Assembly (NCBI RefSeq): GCF_009914755.1
Contig: NC_060947.1
DNA length: 64,000 bases
Reading direction: 5' to 3' (one strand)
Source: the human T2T-CHM13v2.0 reference genome, Homo sapiens
In this document: positions 15,146 through 27,620 of the stretch, one piece after another
Numbering within the stretch: position 1 is the stretch's first letter
Layout: each line of letters starts with the position of its first letter
Made by a program: the position numbers and the translations under genes
Notes under the pieces: generated by a model
Seen by the model: the letters and a program-made list of their open reading frames with translations, nothing else
Database searches by the model: none
Told to the model about the DNA's origin: nothing

Positions 15146-16638
15146 AAAGAAACATTCTTTCTTCTTCAAGCATATGGCAGTGAGAAAGAAAATCTAATAA
15201 GAAAAAGAAAAGGAAAACACAATATATAAGGTAATCATCTTTATGGACTAAAAATAGCATGGAAATATGCAAAGTGAAGAGCAGAACTCAACAGTCTTAA
15301 CTGATAGTCTCCGGGTCCAAATGAAGGCAGAGGCAGCTGAGAGATCGTTTCCTATGTTAAATAGGCTAAAAGTCCTCCAGCCAGAGTATGAGTCCAGATC
15401 CAGACTCACTGCCAGAGACCAAAGCCTTGGGAAGGTTATCCCTATTCAGGGGTGGAGGTTGAATTAAGTTACTTCTGAACACTGCCTAGAGGTGGACGCA
15501 GACATAAATTTATAAGTAGTAGCTTAGCCAAAGTGCCTGCTGAATTGGTCATTGGATCAGCAGTACTCCATGGATACTCTTCAGTTAGAAGCACCAGAAG
15601 CAGGCAACTCTAAGACCACTAGGCAGGAAGAGAGTAGGAGAGATGGTAAGAAATGAAAGAGAGTTATTAGTCAAGACTAGACTAAAAACTCAGACTTAAC
15701 AAGAGGAAAATATCTAACACTGAGAAAGGCAGATTAAATAATCAGCAATCAAAAGATGATTTTGCTCCAGTTAAAACTAAAAAAGGAGATCCAAAGACTG
15801 TAAAATAAGTATGTTTACTATCCTCAGAGAAATAATTGATGAAAGAAAAACTAGAAAAATAAGAAAAATTATGGAAAAATCAAATGTTAAACAATAACAA
15901 GGACATATGAAATTATTTAATTAGATAATTCAGAAAGTAAATAGCTCTTTTTCTCTTAATATATTCTCTGTGTGTTTACGTGTGTGTATTTAGTTATCGA
16001 AATTGAAAAAAAAACTCAACAAATGAAGTAAGCCCTAGAATGAGTACATTAATACAAAAATAAATTCATGAGTTGAAAGTTAACAATGATGAATACAGCA
16101 CAGAATACAGCTATATTACCCTGACTGTAGTACAAAGGTCTAAAAGATGAAAATAAGTAAATAAGTTAGATGAAAATAATGCTGATTAAGTGGTTCTAAT
16201 TATGTCTATTATGAGTTCCTAAGGTAGAGAATAGTCAGAGAATGGGGGAGATGTATATTACAGGGGAAAAATAAGATATTTAAAGATTTGAAGAAGTATA
16301 TAATTTAAAATAACTCCTAAATTTGAAGCAAATTTTAAATATAAATCCACAGGGAAAAATTTTAAAATATTGAAGAAAAAAAAAAAGCAAAAATGATACC
16401 AGAGAGAAAAGCAGGTTATCCGTGAAAGAAAAGCAGGCACTCTCACCACCAACTTTATATTTAGAACAATGGCTTAGTAATAATAGATGATGGCATAATA
16501 GTGTCAAAATGCTGATGGAAAATAACCCTGCACCTGAAATTAATTCAAGTGTGGGGTTTAAGATATATTTTCACACCAATCAGGACTAAGTTTACTAGCA
16601 ACAGACCCTTACTGAAAGACATATAAAAGCAAAAAGTT

Positions 16639-16913
16639 GGCTGGGCGCGGTGGCTCACGCCTGTAAACCCAGCACTTTGGGAGGCCGAGGCAGGTGGATC
16701 ATGAGGTCAGGAGATCGAGGCCATCCTGGCCAACATGGTGAAACCCTGTCTCTACTAAAAATACAAAAATTAGCTTGGTGTGGTGGTGCGTGCCTATAAT
16801 CCCGGCTACTCGGGAGGCTGAGGCAGGAGAATTGCTTGAACAAGGATGTCAGATGTTGCAGTGAGCTGAGATAGCACCATTATACACCAGGCTGGTGACA
16901 GAGCAAGACTCCA

Positions 16914-16965
<52 letters not shown>
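16639..16965 (+). mobile_element. AluS with pure A49 tail
   Basis: Full Alu; uninterrupted A run 16917-16965. Confidence 0.95.
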
Positions 16966-16966
<1 letters not shown>

Positions 16967-18962
16967 AGCAGAAAGTTAAATACTAAATAGTGAATAATAC
17001 TAAATAAATAAAAAATAAATTGAACATAAAGTTAGGGAAATAAGAATGAGAATAAAATTAATTTTAAAATATAAGTATATTTAATCATTGATATTTAAAG
17101 ATAAGTAAATTTTGTGTGTGTAAGTAGATTTATGCTTGTGCTTAATAATGAAAGGAAAATTCTAAAGACTAGACAGTGATAACATCAGATATGGGTGGGA
17201 GTATGGAGGAAATGTTTTAGAATGAGTTACTAAGGTTGCCTAAAATTTTGTCTTCTTTGGGAGGAAAGTAGAGATATGGAATTAATTCATACTTTCTTAG
17301 AGAAGTCTAAAAGTAAGGATGCATATTAAAATTTTATGGTAAAATTTTAAATAAAATTGTCTTAAAATTTAAAATAATCATAGCATTCAAATTTTAACTG
17401 AAAATATAACTGCAATAAACATTATCCATTCAACACAAGAGTATAAGCATGATAAACAAAACAAGTAAATAATGCGCAAAATAAAGATGATAGGAACAAT
17501 TACAGATATCAGTAATCATAACAGAAACCAATAAACTCACCTATTAAAAGACAGAGTTTCAAACTGAATATACATACACATAAATATGTACACAAAGAAA
17601 GAGAAATGCCTAAAACGAGCTTATATGGACACTTTAAAAATGTTAACAGTAGAAAGCTGATAAAGCATTTTAATTTCACATAAAATAAAACGAGGGCAAA
17701 AAGGCAGTAATAATCGAGGGCAATATACAATGAAACAAGAAATAATCAACTAAGAATATAGAAAAACTAAAGTGTATGAAGAATATAGATTTTACATACA
17801 TGAAGCAAAAATTGAGACATTATGAAAAGCAATTTATAAAACCATGAACTCAGTAAGTGATTCAACACAATGCTCTCAAAGACTATAATGTCACACAGGA
17901 AAAATTCTCAAGGTTTGAATAACAAAATTAACAAGATAGATTTGTAGATATATATAGAAATATCCAAGTAAAGGAAACGTGTTTGTTTCAAGGACATGGT
18001 AAATATTTAAAATTTGACCTTGTTTAAAATAATTTTAAACACTAAAAGTCCACAAACTGTTTTCTTTCAACACAAAAACTTTATTAAAAATTAACAATAA
18101 AGTATGTGTAAGAGATGGTGAAACTGGAAATGCACTATTGAAATAATGTATTTATAAAAAAGGAAATAAAAATTGAAGTTACAAAATGTTTTAACCAACT
18201 ACCCTTGTCAAAACTAAGTTTTAAATTGTGATACAGCTAACTAAGTATTTAAGATAAAATTATAGCAACAAATTATCATATTAAAAGTGAGGAGAGATTG
18301 AACATGAATTGAGTTAAAGGTTAGGCTCAAAAAAAGCTAGGGAAAAAAATAACAGGGTAAACCTAAAGAATATAGAATTAATAAGACACTAGAGATAAGA
18401 ACAGAAATTTTAAAAGCGGAAAACAGAGAAAAAAACTAAGAATCAGTTATTCGACAGGCCTAATAAAATAGATAAACCTCTGTCAGGGATGATTACGAAA
18501 CCAGAGAAAAAGGCAAAAATAAATAATATTTGGATCAGGAAAGGTTTTGTCAAATAAGACAGAGATTTTACAAATAACAAAATATTCATTTCATAAAATT
18601 AAAAAATAAATGAACAAAAGTATACAAAATTTTTATTGTGGATATTAATAATCAGAAATAAAAAAAAATCTTAGTAAAATAACATCACAGATATTTAGCA
18701 ACTAAATTACCATTTTCCCCAGACTTGCCCCTCAAAACAGCAGGCCCAAACTATTTCATGGGTGAATCTTACTACATTTTTAAGTTTTAGCATACCTTAC
18801 CTTAACACAAATTGTCACAGAATAAAAATGGTAGATCTATTTATAAGGCTAATCTAACCTTGATAACAAAGAGACAAGGAATGTACAAGAAAAGTATAGA
18901 CAAATCTTGTGAACATAAATGCAAAAGTCCCAAGTTAAAATATCTCTAAAACTAGTTCAATA

Positions 18963-19354
<392 letters not shown>

Positions 19355-19418
19355 TCAGAAAACTCATCAAATAATTGATGACCGATTAAAGGAGAAGTAT
19401 GCTCATTTCAGTGGCTCT

Positions 19419-20056
19419 TATAGGGGCCAAGTTCTTGGCCCTCTGAAGGTTCACTGAAAAATTACCTAGCAAAAGGTAGGTTAATTAGGAAAAAAAAAGG
19501 ATACAAATGTATTTAATGTGTATACACAGGAGTCTTTAGAATGAAGACCCAGAGATACAGGAGAAATTGTCCATTTTAATGCTTATTTTCAACAAAGTAC
19601 GGACAACCATGTAGAAATATGATTGGACAAAAAGGTAGGATCCAATGCTAATAGACTAAGAGGGGAAACCTAGCAAGGCCTTTCTGCCTTTCTGTCTAGA
19701 GTCTTCTTGGCCTCTCTGAGCACACTTTCCTTTCTTCTGGGTGTGGGGCAGGGCCCTCTCTGGAATGGGGATCTTATGACCCAAAGTCAAACAAGGTAGG
19801 TCAGATCTTTTCTTTATGGCCAGCTTTGATACAGAAAGGTGGAGGGATAGTTAGAGCAATATTTTGGGGTTTTATGGCTGGCTTTGGGGAAAAGGGGTTC
19901 TGCCTTCTATGACCCACCTTGGAGAAGAGGGATTCTAATTTGTATGGCTAACCTCAGGTGAGAATAAGATTGAGAGACAGGAGGGAAGGAGAAGATCAGA
20001 GAAAACTTTTGCTTCTGAGGCCTTCATTTTGAAGTATTGTTTCCTCAGCCCCAACA
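19419..20056 (-). mobile_element. Solo ERV1 LTR, MER39-type
   Basis: Reverse complement of the same family as 1853-2468 (taggggccaag..cagccccaaca). Confidence 0.75.
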
Positions 20057-20219
20057 ATCCAGAAAAATTATTAGATAAAAATCACTTCTCCTTGAGAACA
20101 GCTATTTACAAATAGCTATTTAGAAATAAAAAGAAATTTTCTTAAACTGATAAATGTTTTCTGCCAAAAACCTAGAGTAAACATCATGCTCAATCTAGAA
20201 TAAACATTATTCTTAATGG

Positions 20220-21138
20220 TGTTAATGAAAAAAAAAAAAAAAAAAAAACTCTCCAAAATATTTAAAGAGGTTTATTCTGAGCCAGTATGAGTAGCTATGG
20301 CACAGGAAATGGTCTCAAGAAGTCCTGAGAAAGGGTGCCCAAGGTGGTTGGGTTATAGTTTGGTTTTATACATTTTGGGAAGACAGGAATTCTAAGGAAA
20401 ATCATAAATCAATAAAGGTGTACATTGGTTCAGTCTAGATAGGTGGGATATCTTGAAGTGGGGTTTACAGGCAAGAGGTGGATTCAAAAATTTTCTGATT
20501 GGCAACTGGTTAAAAGAGTTACGCTTTGTCTGAGGGATTAAGTCAGTAGAAAGAAAGAAATGCTTGAGTTAAGATAAGGGAGGGTGTGAAGACCAAGATT
20601 TTTGTTATGTAGATGAAGCCTCATAGGTAGCAGCTTTCAGATGGCATAGAAGGTAAATGTCTCTTATCAAACCTTAAAGGTATCTGACTCTCATTTAACC
20701 TCACCTAGATGTGAGAAAGACCTAGAAAGGGAAGGCCTGGCTGCCTTAATGGAGATGGTCTATAGATGCAAATTTTCCCCACAAAAGAAGGCTTTGCAGG
20801 GCCATTTAAAAATATGTCAAAGAAATATATTTAAGGGGAAAATATTTTTACTTCCTTTAGGGTCTGCTATCTGTCACATGATGCTATACCAGAGTCAGGT
20901 TCTAATTTGGTGTCTTATTGCCACAAAGAGTTTGTTTTGTCTTATGGTCTCTATTTTAATGTTAATGCTGGTCACTTGTACCTGAATTCCAAAAGGAGGG
21001 GAGTATAAGGGAGCCTGTCTGACCTTCTGTCTTGTCATGGCCAAGAACTCAGTTTTTCAAGTTTCTCTGGGATCTGCTTGGCCAAGATGGAGTCCATTCA
21101 GTTGGCTGGGGGGCTTAGGATTTTATTTTTGGCCTACA
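20220..21138 (-). mobile_element. Solo ERV1 LTR, MER4D-like
   Basis: TG...CA termini; 4-bp TSD ATGG at 20216-20219 and 21139-21142; ends gggggcttaggattttatttttggcctaca. Confidence 0.8.
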
Positions 21139-21822
21139 ATGGCAATACTAAAGAAGTATTATTTAGCAATCGTTATAACACAAAGATATCTACAATCACA
21201 TATTATTTTCAACATTGTGCTAAAAATAAAAATAAAGTTTAAAAAAGAAAAAAAGCACATTGTCATTATTAATGTAGTTCAATAACTTTACTAGATGCAG
21301 TATCATACGCAAAGTGTATTTCTCTACACTGACAATAAAAATTATAAAATGGAATAAAAACATGATTTTAAAAGGCAACAAAAAGTGGAGGAAATCTAGA
21401 AATAATTTTTTTAAATGATGTGCAGCCAATTTGAAAGAAATTTGAAAGACAATATGAAAATGTAAATAAATGATGAAATCTATCATGTTCATAAGTGGGA
21501 AAATTCAGTATGATAGACATTAACTGTCACCAACATAGACTATAATCCAACACAATATCGTTTAAAATCTTAGAAGATATTTTCCCCATAGACCTTAAAA
21601 AAACGTGATTTTAAAATTCATATGGAAGACTACAAGTCTAAGAAATTTCAAAATTTGCACAATTAACAAAAAATAAGCAAAGTGGTTTTATTTTGTTATA
21701 GGTTGGTTATAAATCTATGGTAATTAACAAAGTGAGATATTAACCCATGGACAGAAAAATACATTAATGGAACAGAACAGATAACAAAGAAATAGACCCA
21801 TGCATACACGAAGACTTTATGG

Positions 21823-22319
21823 TAAAGGAAATCAAAATATTTTACCCCAAAATGTACTTCCTTGACATATTTTGGCTCTTCAGAGAGCCAGCAAACAGAA
21901 GTAGTCCTACAAACCCATCATTTGTTGGGGAGATATACATCTGTAGAGAAAATCTGTAATGATGCAGCCAGGTTTTCTCTGAGGCCTTCCCTTGTCTGGA
22001 TTTAGGAAAGATTAATAAGATCAACTTTACTAGTTAGGGCTCCTCTTCTTCCCTTCCCATAACCTGTTTGCCACTCTAACCTGATTTACCACCATAACCT
22101 GTTTTGTAAGGATCCAAGCTCTCATTCTTTCTGTAACTTCAAGGTTGTATATAAGCCTCTGAACTATATTGCAGGGTTGAGAGTAATCACTCTTTGGTTC
22201 TCCTCTGTGTGCACGTTAATAAATTTGTTTTCCTTTTCTCCAATTAATCTGACTTTTGTCAGTTAATTTTTTAGCAAAATTTCAGAGGGCAAAAGGGAAA
22301 TTTTTTCTTGGCCCCTACG
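21823..22319 (+). mobile_element. Solo ERV1 LTR, MER34/LTR49-like
   Basis: aaggaaatcaaaatattttaccccaaaat..; tatataa box; aataaa; ends ttggcccctac. Confidence 0.65.
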
Positions 22320-23469
22320 ATGGGCAATACTAATCAGAAATGAAAAAGATGCATCAGTCAGTAAATGATGTTTTGAAAACTGCTTGTCCATATAGAAAAC
22401 AATTATGTATCTCATTAACCTATATCATATATATATTATATATAAATAACCTATATCATATATATATAAATAAACCCAGACTAGTCAAAAACTCAAATTT
22501 TTGACAATTTTAGGGGAAGAGAATGTTATTAGGAGAATGTTATTATGACTTTAGCATCAAAAAAAGTTTCTTAAACACAATGTAAAATGTCTAAATCCTA
22601 ATGGAAAAATATGGATAAAGTTGGCAAAATTTTAAAAAGCAAAATCCGACACTAGAAAAAGCCATAAACCAATTTAAAATTTAAGCCACAGATTGGGAGT
22701 CAATGTTCTCATGTGAATAATTATAAAAGACTTTGTATCTGAAATACGTAATTACTGCAAAACAATTACACAAAAACACTCAATTAAAAAACAAACAGGC
22801 GAGTGATGTGAAAAGCCAATTAACCAAAAGAAACTATAAATGGCTGAAAAACATATTAAATACTGTTTCATAGTCTTATTAAAATGTAAATTGAAAAACA
22901 AAGACATTCCATCCCTACCCCCACCCTCATTAGATTTAGCAAACATTTTTTAAGTTTAAAAACTTACAGACAAAGTGTCTGTAAGGTTTTGAGGAAGCAG
23001 GAACTCTATACATTGCAGATAAGATAAACGCATTGTTTCAAACACTTAGAAGAACATTTGGCAATATCCAACAAAGCTGAAGACATTTATGCCCTACAAC
23101 CAATATTACCCTTTACCAGGTGTGTATCTTAAAGAGGTTCACATATCCAGGCAAGAAAACAGATGATAGTATTTTTGATCTATCGGAATAGTGAAAAAGA
23201 GTAAGAACACTCTAAATATACTTCAGTAGGAGAAAGGATAAATACATTGAAGCATGTTCATTCAATATAATACTATGCAGCAATTAAAATGGGTTAACTA
23301 TAGTTACAAATACCAACATGAATAAATCTGTAAAATATAATGTTGAGTGTAGAAGATAAACAGAGTGCAAAGTTAATGGTTGGAGATTATATGCAGTGTG
23401 GCATGCTGCTGGCAAGAATTTTTAATAGGAGAAGTTAATTGTATTGTTTTTAAATAATAGTAATAATAT

Positions 23470-23680
23470 TAAAAACTAACATTTGAATGTTTTTAGAGTC
23501 TTACAAGATTTTTCACGTATGTTATCTGTCGTCATTTTCACAAGACATTTGTGAGTTAAGTACTATTTTTATCTCCATTTTTTAAAAGGGCCAATTCAGT
23601 CTCAGAGAGTTTGTTTACACGGTGGAAAGGAGACTCAAGCCCAGGTCTTTAATATCAAATGTCATGCTTTGTCTACCAAG
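23470..23680 (-). mobile_element. MIR
   Basis: MIR core (tactatttttatctccatttt..tctcagagag..ggagactcaagcccaggtct). Confidence 0.7.
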
Positions 23681-24879
23681 TAGTATTCATAAAATATCAT
23701 CATTCTGGTCATCTATTTGATTTATGCCAAAGCATGGTATTGTGTATGTTCAACTCCTTTCCTCGACTTCATGATCCTCTCATTACTGTAGGTAGAGGCC
23801 TATTAAATTTCCCCCAGCTGTGTCAGCAATTCTAGTCATAGATTTATTCCCTCTTCAGTACTAACCACAGGTCTTTTATCACCAAGACCTGCCAGTTCCA
23901 CTTCCAAAAATGTATCCCAAATCTCTTTATGTATGTGCACATGTTATGCTTTAACCCTAATCCCAACTACCATCATTGCTTGCCTACACTACTGCAGTAG
24001 CCTCCTAACCTATACTGACCTGTGTTCCTAGCATCTGCTTCTTCAAGTCCTTACTATTAAACACAAAATGCCTCCTATGGTTGATTAGAAATGTTTATTT
24101 AGGGACATGAACATACAGGGTTCTGACGGGAAGAAAAAATGTATAAGAAAATCTTCCACAGTGGTTGCCTTTGCATATTGCCTCTCCCATTCCTTTGTTC
24201 AGTTAATTAACTGTCAGCCAGCAAATACGTATGAAACAGTGGGCAGAAAAGATCTGAACATTCTGACTCAACCTGATTCAACTATGTCATGATTGATAAA
24301 AAGGCAATTCCAATAAAACTCTGTTTATTAATATAAGTATTTACTTTTTAACAAGAAAGCACAAATAAGACAATAAAATGTCTGCCCCCACTGACATAAA
24401 AGACAGTTTGTTTAAACTTCTAAAATTCAAAAAATTATAAAATGAAAAATGAATGCTTTTTATTCCTGCACTTCCTACCCACTAATCTTTCCCCTAATAG
24501 TTAATTCTATAAAGCATTTGTTATTCCTTCTTTAAGAAAAAGTATATTCCAGCATATGTATGTATCTGTGAATATATTTTTCTAAATTCAACAAATATAC
24601 TATACATAATTCTGCATCTTTCTCTTTCACTTAATAATATATTTGTATACTTTTTCATATTAGCTCAAATGGATGTACTTTATTACCATTAATGACTATA
24701 TAATATCCCATGAAATGGATGCATTTAACTATTCTGTTCAATCTCATCTTACCTGCTTTGTGTCTTTAAGGAATTTTCATGTTTTATGATGCACTGAAGT
24801 CTCTTCTTGTTTGCAACCCAATAATAACTTAGGTGTTTATTTTTAGACTATTTCTAGCATTTTAAATTACTTAGGATGT

Positions 24880-25350
24880 TAGAGGAAAGCTGCTATGTAT
24901 ATTACAGTTCACCAGCTTCAACTGGAACCAAAAGGAAATCTTAAGCCACGTGGCTAATAGAGTTTCATTCTATTCTGCTCTGGTTAGACTACATATTTAA
25001 ATCTGGGTACTATATTAAGATGACAAACAATGAATTAAAGTGAGCCCCTGAAGGATTTTGAAGGTATATTAGAACTAATCAAGGTAAGTCAGCCTGAAGA
25101 AGTGAAGACTTGGGGTGTGGATATAAAATTTATTCTGATGTATTTGAAAAGCAATCAAGGATTAGAATAAGAATTTTGGTTCAAGCTTATAGGAGGATGT
25201 TTAGACAGAGAAAACCAGTGATTTTCAGATGAATAGATTTTGAGGTTGGTGAATACCTATAGGTGATAGGAGAATTTCAAAACAGGCCTGTGGAGCACAA
25301 TATCTAGAGAATATTGAAATAGACAATTGTTGGCCGTATAGACAGGTAGT
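24880..25350 (+). mobile_element. CR1/L3-like ancient LINE fragment
   Basis: Degenerate ..tctgctctggttagactacat..cagcctgaagaagtgaagacttgggg..atttgaaaagc. Confidence 0.4.
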
Positions 25351-27425
25351 CCTATCAGTGTGATCCAATTTATCAAGTAAGAAGAACAGTGTGATAGCGA
25401 ATCTGGGAACCAGAATTGTAGTATCACCATAAAGCCTCAGTTTTAGGAGGGACACACTTAAACAACCATCTGAACCCGGAATACCCTCTGGAACATCCAC
25501 ACAAAGGGGTCATTTAACGTAAGAATAAATGCATGTATTGTCCAGGTTCTCATCTCAAGGTACTGTATTTTATTTTGGGGAAGCCCTGTTTAAGAAAGCT
25601 ATTTGTAATACTGAGTTTAAATTTATCTCTTTAGTAGCTCCACCAATTAATACTTCTCAAAGGTGCCTCCACACTTCTGCAACCAACCTTCCTTTTGCCC
25701 AGAATGCCTTATGCCCATCCCTTCTGCCCATGTGCCAAAGGTTTACTGAAGTCCTGTCTTCTTTTCAAAATGTCTATTGTTAGCCCCAGCCCATAGTACA
25801 TTTCTGAACTATTATAGAATGTCCTGTATATGTCATCTATCAGACATATAGATACAGATATGGATGCAGATATAGATCTGTCTCAGGTATATATAACATT
25901 AGATGCCTTTTCCAGGACACCTTTCTTACATCCCCAACTTCACTGTAAATGTCAAGGCCAAGATTATATCTTGTACATCTCTGTATCCAAAGAACAGCTA
26001 GCACACTATTGAGCCTATTGAGTGCTTTCTAAAGAAAACTGCTTGCTGCTGGCCTTCTCTAGTTGAATACTTGCACTTCAAAGATGTGAATAACCTCTGT
26101 GTTGTTGGGTTGTTTTAAAATTTCCACATGGTTAGTGCCCACAGGCAGTTGTTGGCTTCTTAGAATATAGCATTGTGACTTCGTACCAGTTGTGAAATTG
26201 CTCTTTGCTTCTGGCCCAGTCTGTTTGCTTAGAGTGTGCTCCACCCTGGATATAATGCTTGGAAATTTCCCCTTGTTAGTAAGTTACCAAAAAAACATCT
26301 TAAAGTTTGGTCTTCTTAAGATTGGTGCCTTTCAGTGAGTGGAAGAGCAGAAATTCCAATAGGCCTCATCAAAGGAGGGTTGGACACTATGCTTTTTATT
26401 AAACCTCTCCAATTACAACAATCCTTTCTGCTACTTCTTTCCTCGTGAATCCTAGAAAAAAATATTATTTTATTTTGCTATAAATGTGAATACAAATTCC
26501 TTAGATTTATTGGCATCAGGAGCAGTCTGATATTCTCAGAGAGAGACACTGAGAACAATTTCGAGTTTTTCTGTGTTAGCATATCTAAACATACAATGTC
26601 TACCTATGGCTGTTTTACCTTTTTATCTTAAAATAAAAGTATAGATGCACAGGAAGTTGCAAAGAAATGTACAGGAAACTGCTGTATACCTTTCCCCCTT
26701 TCCTGGACACTCCTAATGTTAGCATTAAGAAATTGATATTGGGATAATTCTCAAAGTTTATTCAGATTTTATCAATTATGCATACAGTAATGTGCGTGTA
26801 TGTGTGTGTGTGTAGTTCCTTGAAATTTTATATATGTAGCTTCATGTAACTAGAACCAAAATCAAGATACATAACTACTATGTGGCACAATAAATCACCT
26901 CATTCTACCCTTTCATAATCAACTCCCTCATCCTTAACACCTTTCAACCACTAAATTGTTCTCAATCTCTAATTATGTTATTTCAAAAACGCTGTAAAAT
27001 AGAATCATACACTATGTATTCTCCTGAGACTTTTCTTTCATTCAGAATAATTCACTTGAGATTCATCTAAGTTGTTGTTTGTATTAATAATTTGTTCTTT
27101 TTTATCGCTGAGTGACATTCTCGTGGTATTGATGTTTGTTTGTTTATCCTTTTACCAATAAAAGACATTTGAGTTGTTTCCAATTTGGGGGTATTATGAA
27201 TAAAGTCAGATACAAGATTTACAACTAACAGTTCTTTTCTTTCAGAAAGTATGTCATTTCCTCCTGACCATCATGGTTTCATATGTGAAATCTACTGTTA
27301 TTTGAATCAGTATTCCTCTATAGGTAATGTATCATTTTTCTCTGGTTGTTTTAAGACTTTGTATTTGTCTTTAGTTTTCAGAAGTTTACTTATGATGTTG
27401 TTACGGGTGGGTCTTTGTTCTTAGA

Positions 27426-27620
27426 GCTCCCAAGATGGCAGCGGGCAGCTCCCAAGATGGTGGTGGGCAGCTCCCAAGATGGCGGCGGGCAGCTCCCAAG
27501 ATGGCGGCGGGCAGCTCCCAAGATGGCGGCGGGCAGCTCCCAAGATGGCGGCGGGCAGCTCCCAAGATGGCGGCGGGCAGCTCCCAAGATGGTGGCGGAC
27601 ACTCCCAAGATGGCAGCAAG
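27426..27620 (+). repeat. 22-bp tandem repeat (GCTCCCAAGATGGCGGCGGGCA), about 9 copies, in LTR17 U5
   Basis: Units start at 27426, 27448, 27470, 27492, 27514, 27536, 27558, 27580 and ~27601; units 3-7 are identical. Confidence 0.97.
27475..27574 (+). promoter_or_regulatory. Array of five perfect YY1 consensus motifs (CAAGATGGCGGC)
   Basis: Exact motif in repeat units 3-7; variant cores in the flanking units. Binding is not demonstrated. Confidence 0.6.

Noticed and set aside
22416-22470. Imperfect duplication taacctatatcatatatata..
   Set aside because: Ordinary slippage in a (TA)n-rich tract inside an old L1.
25225-25500. 91-aa minus-strand ORF
   Set aside because: Starts at a non-ATG codon, partly overlaps a CR1/L3-like relic and shows no convincing homology.
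27426-27620. CRISPR-like array, or the repetitive ORFs (27390..27768, both strands) as proteins
   Set aside because: Units are contiguous with no unique spacers, there are no cas genes, and the DNA is a primate LTR. The ORFs arise because the GC-rich 22-mer has no stop codons.
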